Assembly: GCA_044357485.1 (NCBI GenBank)
Contig: JBIKPL010000001.1
Coordinates: 2,988-66,987, forward strand
Direction: 5' to 3'
DNA: 64,000 nt
From: Cytophagales bacterium
GTDB lineage: Bacteria > Bacteroidota > Bacteroidia > Cytophagales > UBA9547
The notes below the pieces were generated by a model. That model was not told where the DNA came from. It was given only the letters and a program-made list of their open reading frames with translations, and did not search any database. The translations under genes and the position numbers were made by a program. Below are positions 18,512-27,662 of this stretch, one piece after another. Positions within the stretch are counted from its first letter, which is position 1, and each line of letters begins with the position of its first letter.

Positions 18512-20422
18512 TTACAGTTTTACTATTAAGCTATAAGCCAAAATACTAATGATTCCCAATACCATGATAAATAGGTAAAAGGTAGTATGACCCGTTTGTA
18601 GTTTGTTGAATATTCTGCCTTTAAATAAAGCTATTTTACCCATTGCGTTAACAATGTTGTCAATAAGACCAATTTCAATAAATTGATGTCCAAGTCTTGA
18701 CAAGGCGTATAAAGGTTTTACAATAAGGGCATCATAAATTTCATCTACATAATATTTATGGTAAATCAATTTATGCAATGGTGATAAATTGGCTTCTTCC
18801 GCTTCAGGAACAACCTTTTTTGAAATATACATGTTGTATGCCACAAATATAGATACCAATACACAAAGTACAGAAACACCCATTAACATCAACTCTGTAT
18901 TATGAGCCAAATGATGGGCTGGTGCTTTTGCTAAAGAAGCAGCAAATACAGGAGCCAAATAGGTTTGCAAATAATGTTTACCTCCAAATATTTCAGGGAA
19001 GTTAGCATAACCCGCTACTACAGAAAGTATAGCCAATACGATAAGTGGAAAGGTCATACTGGTAGGTGATTCATGCAAATGATGTTGTTGTTCTTTGGTT
19101 CCTCTAAACTCTCCAAAGAAGGTAAGGAAGAATAAACGAAACATATAAAAAGCGGTCATTAAAGCACCTACTACACCCAATACCCAAAATAAAGGAGACG
19201 CAGCAAAGGCATGGGCTAAGATTTCATCTTTTGAAAAGAAACCCGATAAAGGCGGAATACCAGCGATAGCAACAGTACCAATGGCAAAGGTGTAAAAAGT
19301 AATAGGCAACGCTTTTCTTAAGCCACCCATTTTACGAAGATCTTGTTCTCCACCCATACCATGAATAACACTACCAGCTCCTAAAAACAATAATGCTTTG
19401 AAGAAAGCGTGGGTCATCACATGAAACAAAGCACCAGTATAAGCACCAACACCCAATGCCAAAAACATATACCCTAACTGACTTACCGTAGAATAGGCCA
19501 ATACTTTTTTAATATCGTTTTGTGCTAAACCAATGGTTGCCGCAAAAATAGCGGTGGCAATACCTACCATTGCTACAATAGCAGCGGTTACCGGAGATAA
19601 GGTATATAATATATTAGAACGTGCAATCATATATATCCCCGCCGTAACCATAGTTGCAGCATGTATCAAAGCAGAAACTGGCGTAGGACCAGCCATGGCA
19701 TCTGGTAACCAAGTAAACAAAGGCAATTGAGCACTTTTACCCATGGCACCAACAAATAACAACAATGTGATTGCGGTAATCACCGGAATGCCGATATCTA
19801 AAGTTGCTGCTTTAGAGAATACATCTGTAAATTCAACAGAACCGAAAGTGACAAATATAAGCGATATGGCCAATAAAAAACCTAAATCACCTACCCTGTT
19901 CATGATAAATGCTTTTTTAGCCGCATCATTATAGTCTTGGTTTTTAAACCAAAACCCGATCAATAAATACGAGCATAAACCTACCCCTTCCCAACCAATA
20001 AACATGATGACATAGTTTGAGCCAAGCACCAATAATAACATGAAGAAGATAAACAAATTCAAGTATGCAAAAAAGCGAACATATCCTTCATCATCGTGCA
20101 TATACCCCATCGAGTACACATGAATCAAGAAACCTACTCCTGTAATGATCATTACCATTAAAATGGAAAGAGGATCAACTAAAAAAGAGAAAGGAATATA
20201 AAGAGAGCCTACATTGATGAAATCAAATAATTTTACCGTCGGAATCATGCCGGGTAAATCTTTGATTTCTAAGAAAATTTTAAATGCAATGCCGAAGGCT
20301 GCTGCCAACATTCCACTCGCTAACATACCAGCGAATGCTTTGGGCATTTTCTTATTTAATAAACCGTTAATGGTAAATCCTATAAGGGGCAATAATGGTA
20401 TTAACCAAACCAACTGAATCAT
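18512..20422 (-). CDS. nuoL: NADH-quinone oxidoreductase subunit L
   Basis: 636-aa antiporter-like subunit with a C-terminal lateral-helix extension. Confidence 0.9.
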   Translation of the reverse strand: MIQLVWLIPLLPLIGFTINGLLNKKMPKAFAGMLASGMLAAAFGIAFKIFLEIKDLPGMIPTVKLFDFINVGSLYIPFSFLVDPLSILMVMIITGVGFLIHVYSMGYMHDDEGYVRFFAYLNLFIFFMLLLVLGSNYVIMFIGWEGVGLCSYLLIGFWFKNQDYNDAAKKAFIMNRVGDLGFLLAISLIFVTFGSVEFTDVFSKAATLDIGIPVITAITLLLFVGAMGKSAQLPLFTWLPDAMAGPTPVSALIHAATMVTAGIYMIARSNILYTLSPVTAAIVAMVGIATAIFAATIGLAQNDIKKVLAYSTVSQLGYMFLALGVGAYTGALFHVMTHAFFKALLFLGAGSVIHGMGGEQDLRKMGGLRKALPITFYTFAIGTVAIAGIPPLSGFFSKDEILAHAFAASPLFWVLGVVGALMTAFYMFRLFFLTFFGEFRGTKEQQHHLHESPTSMTFPLIVLAILSVVAGYANFPEIFGGKHYLQTYLAPVFAASLAKAPAHHLAHNTELMLMGVSVLCVLVSIFVAYNMYISKKVVPEAEEANLSPLHKLIYHKYYVDEIYDALIVKPLYALSRLGHQFIEIGLIDNIVNAMGKIALFKGRIFNKLQTGHTTFYLFIMVLGIISILAYSLIVKL

Positions 20423-20452
20423 AATAGTGCCTATTTCTTATAATAATGAGTA

Positions 20453-20773
20453 CTAATTTTTAAGCTTATTCAACAGATCAATGTCTACCGAACCTGTGTT
20501 TCTGTACATCATCACAATGATGGCCAAACCAACCGCAACTTCCGCTGCAGCAACCGCCATGATAAAGAATACAAACACCTGCCCATTGGCATCGCCACTG
20601 TAAGAGGAGAAAGCAGCAAGTAATAAGTTTACTGCATTTAACATTAACTCTACAGACATGAAAATGATAATGGCATTTCTTCTTGTTAATACACCCACAA
20701 TACCAATGCAGAAAATTGCGGCACTGAGTATAAGGTAGTAATTGAGTGGTATAATTTTAATTACGCTATCCAT
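20453..20773 (-). CDS. nuoK: NADH-quinone oxidoreductase subunit K
   Basis: 106 aa, 3 TM, NuoK pattern. Confidence 0.9.
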   Translation of the reverse strand: MDSVIKIIPLNYYLILSAAIFCIGIVGVLTRRNAIIIFMSVELMLNAVNLLLAAFSSYSGDANGQVFVFFIMAVAAAEVAVGLAIIVMMYRNTGSVDIDLLNKLKN

Positions 20774-20846
20774 ATTTTTAGTTTATTTAGTCCAGCGTCC
20801 AGAGTCTCTTTAAAATATTTTCTCTAGACCCAGTACCCAGTACAAT

Positions 20847-21341
20847 TTATTTCCAATCTTTTTTAGCCAACATTACCGCGCCTATCATTGCTACTAAAAA
20901 CAGGATAGAGGCCAGTTCAAATGGCAAGGCATAGTCTTTAAACAAAACCATTCCCAGGTTTTTAATTAACCCAATTTGTGTATTTACGTCCGAATTGATT
21001 GGTATAATCACTGCCTTTTTGAAAGAAGCAACCATAACCAATAACAACATACTGCCTGCAATTACCCCTGCAAATTTCACCAAGGTGCTTTTTTGTGGTT
21101 CTGTTTCTCCATTTAAATTCAAGAACATAATCACAAACAAAAACAAAACCATGATCGCACCCATATACACGATAAAATTGACCGCAGCCAAAAACTGTGC
21201 ATTGAACAAAATATAATGTCCGGTGATACTTGTAAATGTTACCAACAAATACAATATGCTATGGATTGGATTTTTAACCAACACCACCATTAAAGCACTC
21301 AAAATTGCCAAGAAGGCAAGGAAATAAAACATTTTATCCAT
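20847..21341 (-). CDS. nuoJ: NADH-quinone oxidoreductase subunit J
   Basis: 164 aa membrane subunit, placed by operon order. Overlaps nuoI by 8 nt. Confidence 0.85.
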   Translation of the reverse strand: MDKMFYFLAFLAILSALMVVLVKNPIHSILYLLVTFTSITGHYILFNAQFLAAVNFIVYMGAIMVLFLFVIMFLNLNGETEPQKSTLVKFAGVIAGSMLLLVMVASFKKAVIIPINSDVNTQIGLIKNLGMVLFKDYALPFELASILFLVAMIGAVMLAKKDWK

Positions 21342-21888
21342 GATGATACAGTCTTTCGATTAAAGGGCCACCACCTCTTACTTTTCCAGAAGGATGGTGT
21401 TCTTTTTCCACTAATTTATCTTTACCAAATATTAAATCTTTTCTTTCGTATACAGAAGGGGCTAATTCTTCATTGGTTAAGAATATCGCTTCTTTCGGAC
21501 AAGCTTCTTCGCATAGGCCACAGAAAATACATCTTAACATATTAATTTCATACATCGAAGCATATTTTTCTTCTCTGTATAATTTTTCGTCCCCTACTTG
21601 TCTTTCCGCAGAAGTCATGGTAATGGCTTCAGCCGGACAAGAAACAGCGCAAAGACCGCAAGCCGTACATCTTTCAGCACCGTTTTCGTCTTTTTTAAGT
21701 ACATGTAAACCACGATAGGCAGAAGCAAACAAACGTTTTACTTCAGGATACCTAATGGTAACACTTTTTCTAAAAAAGTGTTTGAGTGTTACCAACATGC
21801 CTTTCATAATCACAGGAAGATAAATTCTTTCCATGAAAGTCATTTGCGTGTTAACAACTACTTTAGATCTATTGGTTAGCGATTTCAT
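21334..21888 (-). CDS. nuoI: NADH-quinone oxidoreductase subunit I
   Basis: Two 4Fe-4S motifs, CTACGLCAVSCP and CIFCGLCEEACP. Confidence 0.92.
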   Translation of the reverse strand: MKSLTNRSKVVVNTQMTFMERIYLPVIMKGMLVTLKHFFRKSVTIRYPEVKRLFASAYRGLHVLKKDENGAERCTACGLCAVSCPAEAITMTSAERQVGDEKLYREEKYASMYEINMLRCIFCGLCEEACPKEAIFLTNEELAPSVYERKDLIFGKDKLVEKEHHPSGKVRGGGPLIERLYHHG

Positions 21889-21919
21889 TTTTTAAAAGCA
21901 TTTATTCAAGAGGAACAAA

Positions 21920-22951
21920 TTACTGGAAGAATAATACAACTCCACCTGTGATAACTATGTTTAAGATCGCAAGCGGAATAAGTACTTGCCAGCCCAAACG
22001 CATTAATTGGTCATAACGGAACCTTGGCACAGTCCATCTCACCCACATAAAGAAGAAGATGAATAGTAATATTTTGGTAAATAAAGCACCAATACCAAGT
22101 ACCGCTACCATGTTTTGAGACAAGCCCAAATCATTCATGAATGGAAAGTTATACCCACCGAAATAAAGTGTTGCCATTACTGCCGAAGAAATAAACATAT
22201 TAATGTATTCCGCAAATAAATAGAAACCCAATTTCATAGAGCTGTATTCGGTATGGTAACCACCAACTAATTCAGCTTCGCATTCAGGTAAATCGAATGG
22301 CGTACGGTTAGTTTCAGCAAAAGAACAAATCAAGAAAATTAAGAAACCAAGCGGTTGTTTAATGATATACCAATTCATGCCGTGTAAACCCGATTGTTGT
22401 TCGGTAATTTCTCTCATGCTTAAAGAACCCGTAATCATCACCAAAGCAATAATCGACAAGCCCATAGAAATTTCATAACTGATATTTTGAGAGGCTCCTC
22501 TGATGGCTCCTAATAAAGAAAATTTATTGTTCGAAGCCCATCCACCAATCATGACCCCATAAACACCCAAAGAAACAACGCCAAAAACATACAATATGCC
22601 TACATTAATATCTGCAACTTGTAAGGGTAAACGGTAGCCGTCGTATTCGATATAAGTACCCCAAGGAATCACCGCACTCGTCATACATGCCGTTAGCATT
22701 GCCAAAGAAGGACCTGCTAAAAACAAAAAGGTATTGGCAGACTCAGGAATAATTTCTTCTTTGCTAAATAGCTTAATACCATCGGCCAAAGGTTGCAAAA
22801 TTCCATAAGGACCAGCACGATCTGGGCCTAAACGGTCTTGGAAAAAACCTGCAAATTTTCTTTCCGCAAGTGTTGAATACATGGCTGTCACTAGGCTTAA
22901 GCCAAAGATCGAAGCGATGAGGATTAATTTAAATATGATTTCTATATCCAT
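21920..22951 (-). CDS. nuoH: NADH-quinone oxidoreductase subunit H
   Basis: 343 aa NuoH/ND1 family (..RKFAGFFQDRLGPDRAGPYGILQP..). Confidence 0.92.
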   Translation of the reverse strand: MDIEIIFKLILIASIFGLSLVTAMYSTLAERKFAGFFQDRLGPDRAGPYGILQPLADGIKLFSKEEIIPESANTFLFLAGPSLAMLTACMTSAVIPWGTYIEYDGYRLPLQVADINVGILYVFGVVSLGVYGVMIGGWASNNKFSLLGAIRGASQNISYEISMGLSIIALVMITGSLSMREITEQQSGLHGMNWYIIKQPLGFLIFLICSFAETNRTPFDLPECEAELVGGYHTEYSSMKLGFYLFAEYINMFISSAVMATLYFGGYNFPFMNDLGLSQNMVAVLGIGALFTKILLFIFFFMWVRWTVPRFRYDQLMRLGWQVLIPLAILNIVITGGVVLFFQ

Positions 22952-23025
22952 GTTGAGATGCTTAAACTAATAGCAATACTAGTATTAATTCATTTTATAT
23001 CTACCGTTCTACTTTAGCGGTTCCA

Positions 23026-24021
23026 CTAAGGTTTAAACGGAAGTTCTTTAATTGGTCCTAGGGTATGAATACTTGGGTGAGCAGGTACCACTGGCTTATC
23101 TGCGACCACTTCATAATGATTTTGTGAAATTACAGAATTATTTGGAATATGTGTTGGTCCTTCGATAGTCCAATCTTTGGTTTCTTTTTTCTCAAAACGA
23201 CATGTGTTGCAAATAAAATCTTCTACCTCACCCCATTGATCCATTCTAGCAGTTACCCGTAGAATTTCTTCTCCACGCATCCAAACATTGGTTTTACCGC
23301 AACATTTATCACAGGAACGATGTGCTTTCATAGGTTTGGTAAACCATACTCTATTTTTGAAACGGAATGTTTTATCGGTTAAGGCTCCTACTGGGCAAAC
23401 ATCAATTACATTTCCAGAAAACTCATTGTCAATAGAATGTTGAATATAGGTACTAATTTCGGCGGCATCGCCTCTGCCAAGAATACCATGTACACGTTGT
23501 TTGGTCAATTGATCGGCTGTAAATACACACCTGTAGCACAAAATGCAACGGGTCATGTGTAATTGCACATAAGGACCAATATCTATTTTTTTGAATGTTC
23601 TTCTAGGAAAATCATACCTGGTACTTTGTACACCATGTTTATAGCCTAGGTTTTGCAAATCACATTCCCCGGCTTGGTCACAGATAGGGCAATCAAGTGG
23701 ATGGTTAATCAATAACATTTCAACAACCCCTTTTCTGGAAGCAATTACTTCAGGTGAGGTTTCGTTTTCAACGACCATACCATCCATTACCATCGTACGA
23801 CAAGAAGCCACAGGTTTTGGCATCGGACGAGGATCTTTTTCAGAACCTTGAGTAACTTTAACAATACAAGTACGACATTTACCACCCGAACCTTCTAGCT
23901 TTGAGTAATAACACATCGCAGGAGGAACATGTTTTCCTAACTGACGGGCAGCTTGTAGAATAGTGGTTCCTGGTGCCACCTCTACTACATCTCCATCGAT
24001 TGTTACTTTAAATAGATCCAT
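23026..24021 (-). CDS. nuoG: NADH-quinone oxidoreductase subunit G, short form (Fe-S N-terminal module only)
   Basis: 331 aa. 2Fe-2S region CYYSKLEGSGGKCRTC, HPLDCPICDQAGECDLQ and CILCYRC...CPVGAL cluster motifs. No molybdopterin-like C-terminal domain. Confidence 0.88.
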   Translation of the reverse strand: MDLFKVTIDGDVVEVAPGTTILQAARQLGKHVPPAMCYYSKLEGSGGKCRTCIVKVTQGSEKDPRPMPKPVASCRTMVMDGMVVENETSPEVIASRKGVVEMLLINHPLDCPICDQAGECDLQNLGYKHGVQSTRYDFPRRTFKKIDIGPYVQLHMTRCILCYRCVFTADQLTKQRVHGILGRGDAAEISTYIQHSIDNEFSGNVIDVCPVGALTDKTFRFKNRVWFTKPMKAHRSCDKCCGKTNVWMRGEEILRVTARMDQWGEVEDFICNTCRFEKKETKDWTIEGPTHIPNNSVISQNHYEVVADKPVVPAHPSIHTLGPIKELPFKP

Positions 24022-24026
24022 TTTTT

Positions 24027-24047
24027 GTTTTCAGTTTTCAGTTTTCA
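24027..24047. repeat. Three perfect tandem copies of the heptamer gttttca in the nuoF-nuoG spacer
   Basis: gttttca x3 followed by a degenerate gttcag. Begins 6 nt upstream of the nuoG start codon on the coding strand. Confidence 0.8.
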
Positions 24048-24138
24048 GTTCAGAGTTTTAAAAGACTCAAAACTGAATTACAGTTTTATATTTGATAGAT
24101 GAATGTCTATGTATAATTCTTTTACTAAACATTCAACA

Positions 24139-25482
24139 CTAAACACTCATCACTATACCCGGATATACCGCGCCTTTCGCCGTAGCTTCTTTTGGATGAC
24201 TAATATGCCATTCAAATTCATCCCTAAAGTGACGAATCGCACTTCCTACTGGCCATGCAGCAGCATCTCCAAGTGGACAAATGGTATTTCCTTCAATTTT
24301 TTTAGCAATATCTACCAACAAATCAATGTCACTTTGTTTTCCGTGACCGGATTCAATGGCATGTAAAACTTTTTCTAACCACCCTGTTCCTTCACGACAA
24401 GGACTGCATTGTCCGCATGATTCATGGTGATAAAAACGTGAAAGATTCCAAGTATTTTTAACGATACAAGTATCTTCATTCATGGCAATAAAACCACCAG
24501 ATCCAAGCATGGTTCCAGTAGCAAAACCACCATCAGAAAGTGATTCGTACGACATTAACCTATCTTCCCCTGCAGCCGTTTTTAACAACATGGCAATTGG
24601 CAAAATAGGAACAGAAGAACCACCAGCGATAACGGCCTTTAATTTTTTACCATTAGGCACACCGCCTAAATATTCATCAGAATAAATAAATTCTTGTACA
24701 GGTAATCCTAATTCAATTTCATATACCCCTTGTTTGTTGAGGTGACCACTGGCCGAAATTAACTTGGTTCCGGTACTTCTACCAACCCCAATTTTAGCAT
24801 ATTCGTCACCACCATTCACTACAATCCAAGAAACGGCAGCAATTGTTTCGACATTGTTTACCACTGTTGGGCAACCATATAAACCAGCAATGGCAGGGAA
24901 AGGAGGTTTAATCCTAGGATTACCACGTTTTCCTTCTAACGATTCGATTAAGGCTGTTTCTTCTCCACAGATATAAGCACCTGCACCACAAGTGACATGA
25001 AGGTCTAAGTCGAATCCAGAGCCTAATATATTTTTTCCTAAAAAACCATTGGCATACGCTTCATCTATGGCTTTTTGAATGATTCTTACCACATAAATCA
25101 TCTCCCCTCTGATGTAGATGTAAGATGTTTTTGCTCCAATAGCATAACTGGCAGTAATCATACCCTCCACTAAAGCGTGGGGATTTTTTTGCATTAGATA
25201 GCGGTCTTTGAATGTTCCTGGCTCACTTTCGTCACCATTACAAACCAAATAGCGTGGGTTTTCAGATTTTTTATCTACAAAACTCCATTTCATCCCTGTT
25301 GGAAATCCAGCGCCTCCACGACCTCTTAAGCCCGATTTTTTTACTTCTTCAGTAACATCATCAGGAGACATTGTTTTAACCGCTTTTTCTACTGAAGCAT
25401 ACCCACCATTTTTGCGGTAAACTTCAAAAGTTTCAATGCCAGGAACGTCTATGTGCTGGGTAAGAATTTTAATATTTGCCAT
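24139..25482 (-). CDS. nuoF: NADH-quinone oxidoreductase subunit F
   Basis: 447 aa. GAGAYICGEETALIESLEG and the 4Fe-4S motif ESCGQCSPCREG. Confidence 0.95.
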   Translation of the reverse strand: MANIKILTQHIDVPGIETFEVYRKNGGYASVEKAVKTMSPDDVTEEVKKSGLRGRGGAGFPTGMKWSFVDKKSENPRYLVCNGDESEPGTFKDRYLMQKNPHALVEGMITASYAIGAKTSYIYIRGEMIYVVRIIQKAIDEAYANGFLGKNILGSGFDLDLHVTCGAGAYICGEETALIESLEGKRGNPRIKPPFPAIAGLYGCPTVVNNVETIAAVSWIVVNGGDEYAKIGVGRSTGTKLISASGHLNKQGVYEIELGLPVQEFIYSDEYLGGVPNGKKLKAVIAGGSSVPILPIAMLLKTAAGEDRLMSYESLSDGGFATGTMLGSGGFIAMNEDTCIVKNTWNLSRFYHHESCGQCSPCREGTGWLEKVLHAIESGHGKQSDIDLLVDIAKKIEGNTICPLGDAAAWPVGSAIRHFRDEFEWHISHPKEATAKGAVYPGIVMSV

Positions 25483-26012
25483 TAACAGAAAGGTCTTGAT
25501 ACTTTATTTTCGGCACTAAATTGTTCAATTAGGCCATCTATTTTTTCTTCAGATAAATGTTCGTGGTAATTTAATCCCACTTGCATAACAGGTGCTGAAC
25601 CACAAGCCGCCAAACATTCTACCCCTTTTACAGTGAATTTACCATCAGCAGTGGTTTCGCCTTCTTTGATCCCCAATTTGTTACAGATATATGCTATAAT
25701 TTCTTCGGCACCATTTAAACAGCAAGGTCCTGTGCGGCAAACTTCCATTACATATTTACCTTGAGGTTTCATGTAATACTGTGAATAGAAAGTAGCTACT
25801 TCGTACACCTCAATAGGTTTGATGTTTAGAATTGAAGCCACATAATCCATCACCTCAGGACTTAACCAGCCATCAAACTCCGCTTGAGCCAAATGTAGGA
25901 TAGAGATAAGCGCCGACTTTGATTTTCCTTCCGGAAACTTATTGATATATTTTGCAACTATGGCTTTGGCCTCAGGAGAAAATTCAATTTTATTTGTTGT
26001 TAACTCTGACAT
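25482..26012 (-). CDS. nuoE: NADH-quinone oxidoreductase subunit E
   Basis: 176 aa, thioredoxin-like 2Fe-2S (CRTGPCCLNGAE ... CLAACGSAPV). Confidence 0.92.
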   Translation of the reverse strand: MSELTTNKIEFSPEAKAIVAKYINKFPEGKSKSALISILHLAQAEFDGWLSPEVMDYVASILNIKPIEVYEVATFYSQYYMKPQGKYVMEVCRTGPCCLNGAEEIIAYICNKLGIKEGETTADGKFTVKGVECLAACGSAPVMQVGLNYHEHLSEEKIDGLIEQFSAENKVSRPFC

Positions 26013-26020
26013 ATTTAGAG

Positions 26021-26111
26021 TATTCAGTATTCAGTTTTCAGTTCTCAGTTTTCAATTCTCAATTCTCAGTTAACAGTTCTCCGTTAACAGTTAACAGTTT
26101 TCAGATTTCGG
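26021..26111. repeat. Array of 13 consecutive degenerate heptamers (tNNtcag type) directly upstream of nuoE
   Basis: tattcag tattcag ttttcag ttctcag ttttcaa ttctcaa ttctcag ttaacag ttctccg ttaacag ttaacag ttttcag atttcgg, with strict 7-bp register. Confidence 0.85.
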
Positions 26112-26226
26112 TATTTACAGAATCAATACGATTTTTTACTCATTCTTAAGTGACAAATTGTATCAGTTTCAATTTTAGTTTTCGATATTCAGTTTTTATT
26201 TTTCTATAATCAGTTTAATTATTTAT

Positions 26227-26268
26227 TAACTGATAACTGTAAACTGAATACTGACAACTGTTAACTAC
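26227..26268. repeat. Array of 6 heptamers of the complementary type (NaactgN) abutting the nuoD stop codon
   Basis: taactga taactgt aaactga atactga caactgt taactac. The units are reverse complements of the 26021-26111 units, so the two arrays are inverted. Confidence 0.8.
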
Positions 26269-27473
26269 TAAGCATCCAATTCTCCGGCAATAACGTTTAG
26301 ACTACTTAAAGTAACGATGGCATCAGAGATTAAACCTCCCTTAATCATTTCAGGATAAGCTTGGTAGTATATAAATGAAGGTCTTCTAAAGTGAAGTCTA
26401 TAAGGCGTACGACCACCATCACTCACCAAATAGAAGCCTAACTCACCATTAGTGCCTTCTACCGAATGATATACTTCGCCAACAGGGGCATCTACTTCTC
26501 CCATAATTATTTTGAAGTGATAAATTAATGCCTCCATATTGGTATATACCTCTTTTTTATCAGGCAAGTATATTTTTGGAGCATCAGCATGGTAAATGCC
26601 TTGCGGTTCTTTTTTAATTTTATCGATGGCTTGTTCAATAATTTTAAGACTTTCCCAAACCTCTTCATTGATTACCATGAAACGATCGTAAGTATCACCG
26701 TTGATGCCAATAGGAATAGCAAAGTCAAAATCTTCGTAAGAAGCATAAGGATTCATCACCCTAACATCATAATCTACCCCAGCAGCTCTTAAGTTAGGGC
26801 CAGTAAAACCATAATTCAAGGCTCTTTCTGCAGAAATAGGACCAGCCCCGATGGTTCTATCCATAAAAATTCTATTGCGTTCAAACAAGTTTTGAAACTC
26901 ACGGTACACAATAGGGAATTCAATTAAAAAAGTATCAATTTTTTTGAAAACATTGTCGTTGAAATTTCTTTCAAAGCCACCTATTCTACCGATGTTGGTG
27001 GTTAAACGCGCACCACAAATTTCTTCATAGATGTCGTATATTTTTTCTCTTTGTTGCATTACATACAAGAAACCTGTAAAAGCGCCTGTATCAACACCCA
27101 AAATACTGTTACAAATTAAGTGATCTGAAATACGTGCCAATTCCATAATCACCACACGCATATAATCTACACGTTTTGGTATTTCAATCCCTAATAACTT
27201 TTCGGCGGTCATGTGCCATCCCAAATTGTTGATAGGAGAAGAGCAATAATTTAAACGATCGGTTATCGGGGTGATTTGGTTTAAAGGGCGATGTTCTGCT
27301 AACTTTTCGAATGCACGGTGAATATAACCAATGGTTGGTTCAGCACTAACAATACGTTCTCCATCTACTTCAAGTACGTTCTGAAACACCCCGTGGGTGG
27401 CAGGGTGCGTAGGACCAAGATTTAGCGTCGTGGTCTCTTTTACTAGTTCGTTATGTGTTAAGTGCTGTGACAT
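26268..27473 (-). CDS. nuoD: NADH-quinone oxidoreductase subunit D
   Basis: 401 aa, 49-kDa subunit family (LNLGPTHPATHGV..., ending ...GELDA). Confidence 0.95.
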   Translation of the reverse strand: MSQHLTHNELVKETTTLNLGPTHPATHGVFQNVLEVDGERIVSAEPTIGYIHRAFEKLAEHRPLNQITPITDRLNYCSSPINNLGWHMTAEKLLGIEIPKRVDYMRVVIMELARISDHLICNSILGVDTGAFTGFLYVMQQREKIYDIYEEICGARLTTNIGRIGGFERNFNDNVFKKIDTFLIEFPIVYREFQNLFERNRIFMDRTIGAGPISAERALNYGFTGPNLRAAGVDYDVRVMNPYASYEDFDFAIPIGINGDTYDRFMVINEEVWESLKIIEQAIDKIKKEPQGIYHADAPKIYLPDKKEVYTNMEALIYHFKIIMGEVDAPVGEVYHSVEGTNGELGFYLVSDGGRTPYRLHFRRPSFIYYQAYPEMIKGGLISDAIVTLSSLNVIAGELDA

Positions 27474-27647
27474 TTCTTTGTTAATTTTGAATTTTAAACT
27501 TTAAATTTTGAATTGATTCTTGAGTTCAAAATTTATCATTTGCAATTATCAATTTTTTGAATTTTTAATTAAACATTTAAAATTCAACATTTCCAACCTT
27601 TTATTGGAAATCAACTCTTTTTTGAATTTAAAATTCAACATTTAAAA

Positions 27648-27660
27648 TTCCCGAAGGGAA
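27648..27660 (-). other. Short stem-loop (ttccc-ttc-gggaa on the mRNA strand, UUCG-containing loop) 2 nt after the nuoC stop
   Basis: The plus strand reads ttcccgaagggaa. This gives a 4-5 bp GC-containing stem in an otherwise AT-only spacer. Confidence 0.4.
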
Positions 27661-27662
27661 AA

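Noticed and set aside
16493-25000. Numerous 60-105-aa plus-strand ORFs within nuoN, nuoM, nuoL, nuoJ, nuoI and nuoF
   Set aside because: They are embedded antisense in strongly supported complex I genes, have no motifs and show no independent start context.
25952-26149. 65-aa ORF translating the heptamer array (..FSVFSFQFSVFNSQFSVNSSPLTVNS..); similar ORF at 24103-24366
   Set aside because: The periodic peptide is just the 7-bp DNA repeat read in frame drift, and the ORF overlaps the nuoE start on the opposite strand. Treated as non-coding repeat.
26021-26268. Possibility that the repeat arrays are a CRISPR array
   Set aside because: The units are 7 bp with no spacers, the repeats are degenerate, there are no cas genes, and the arrays sit inside an operon. 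This is incompatible with CRISPR architecture.
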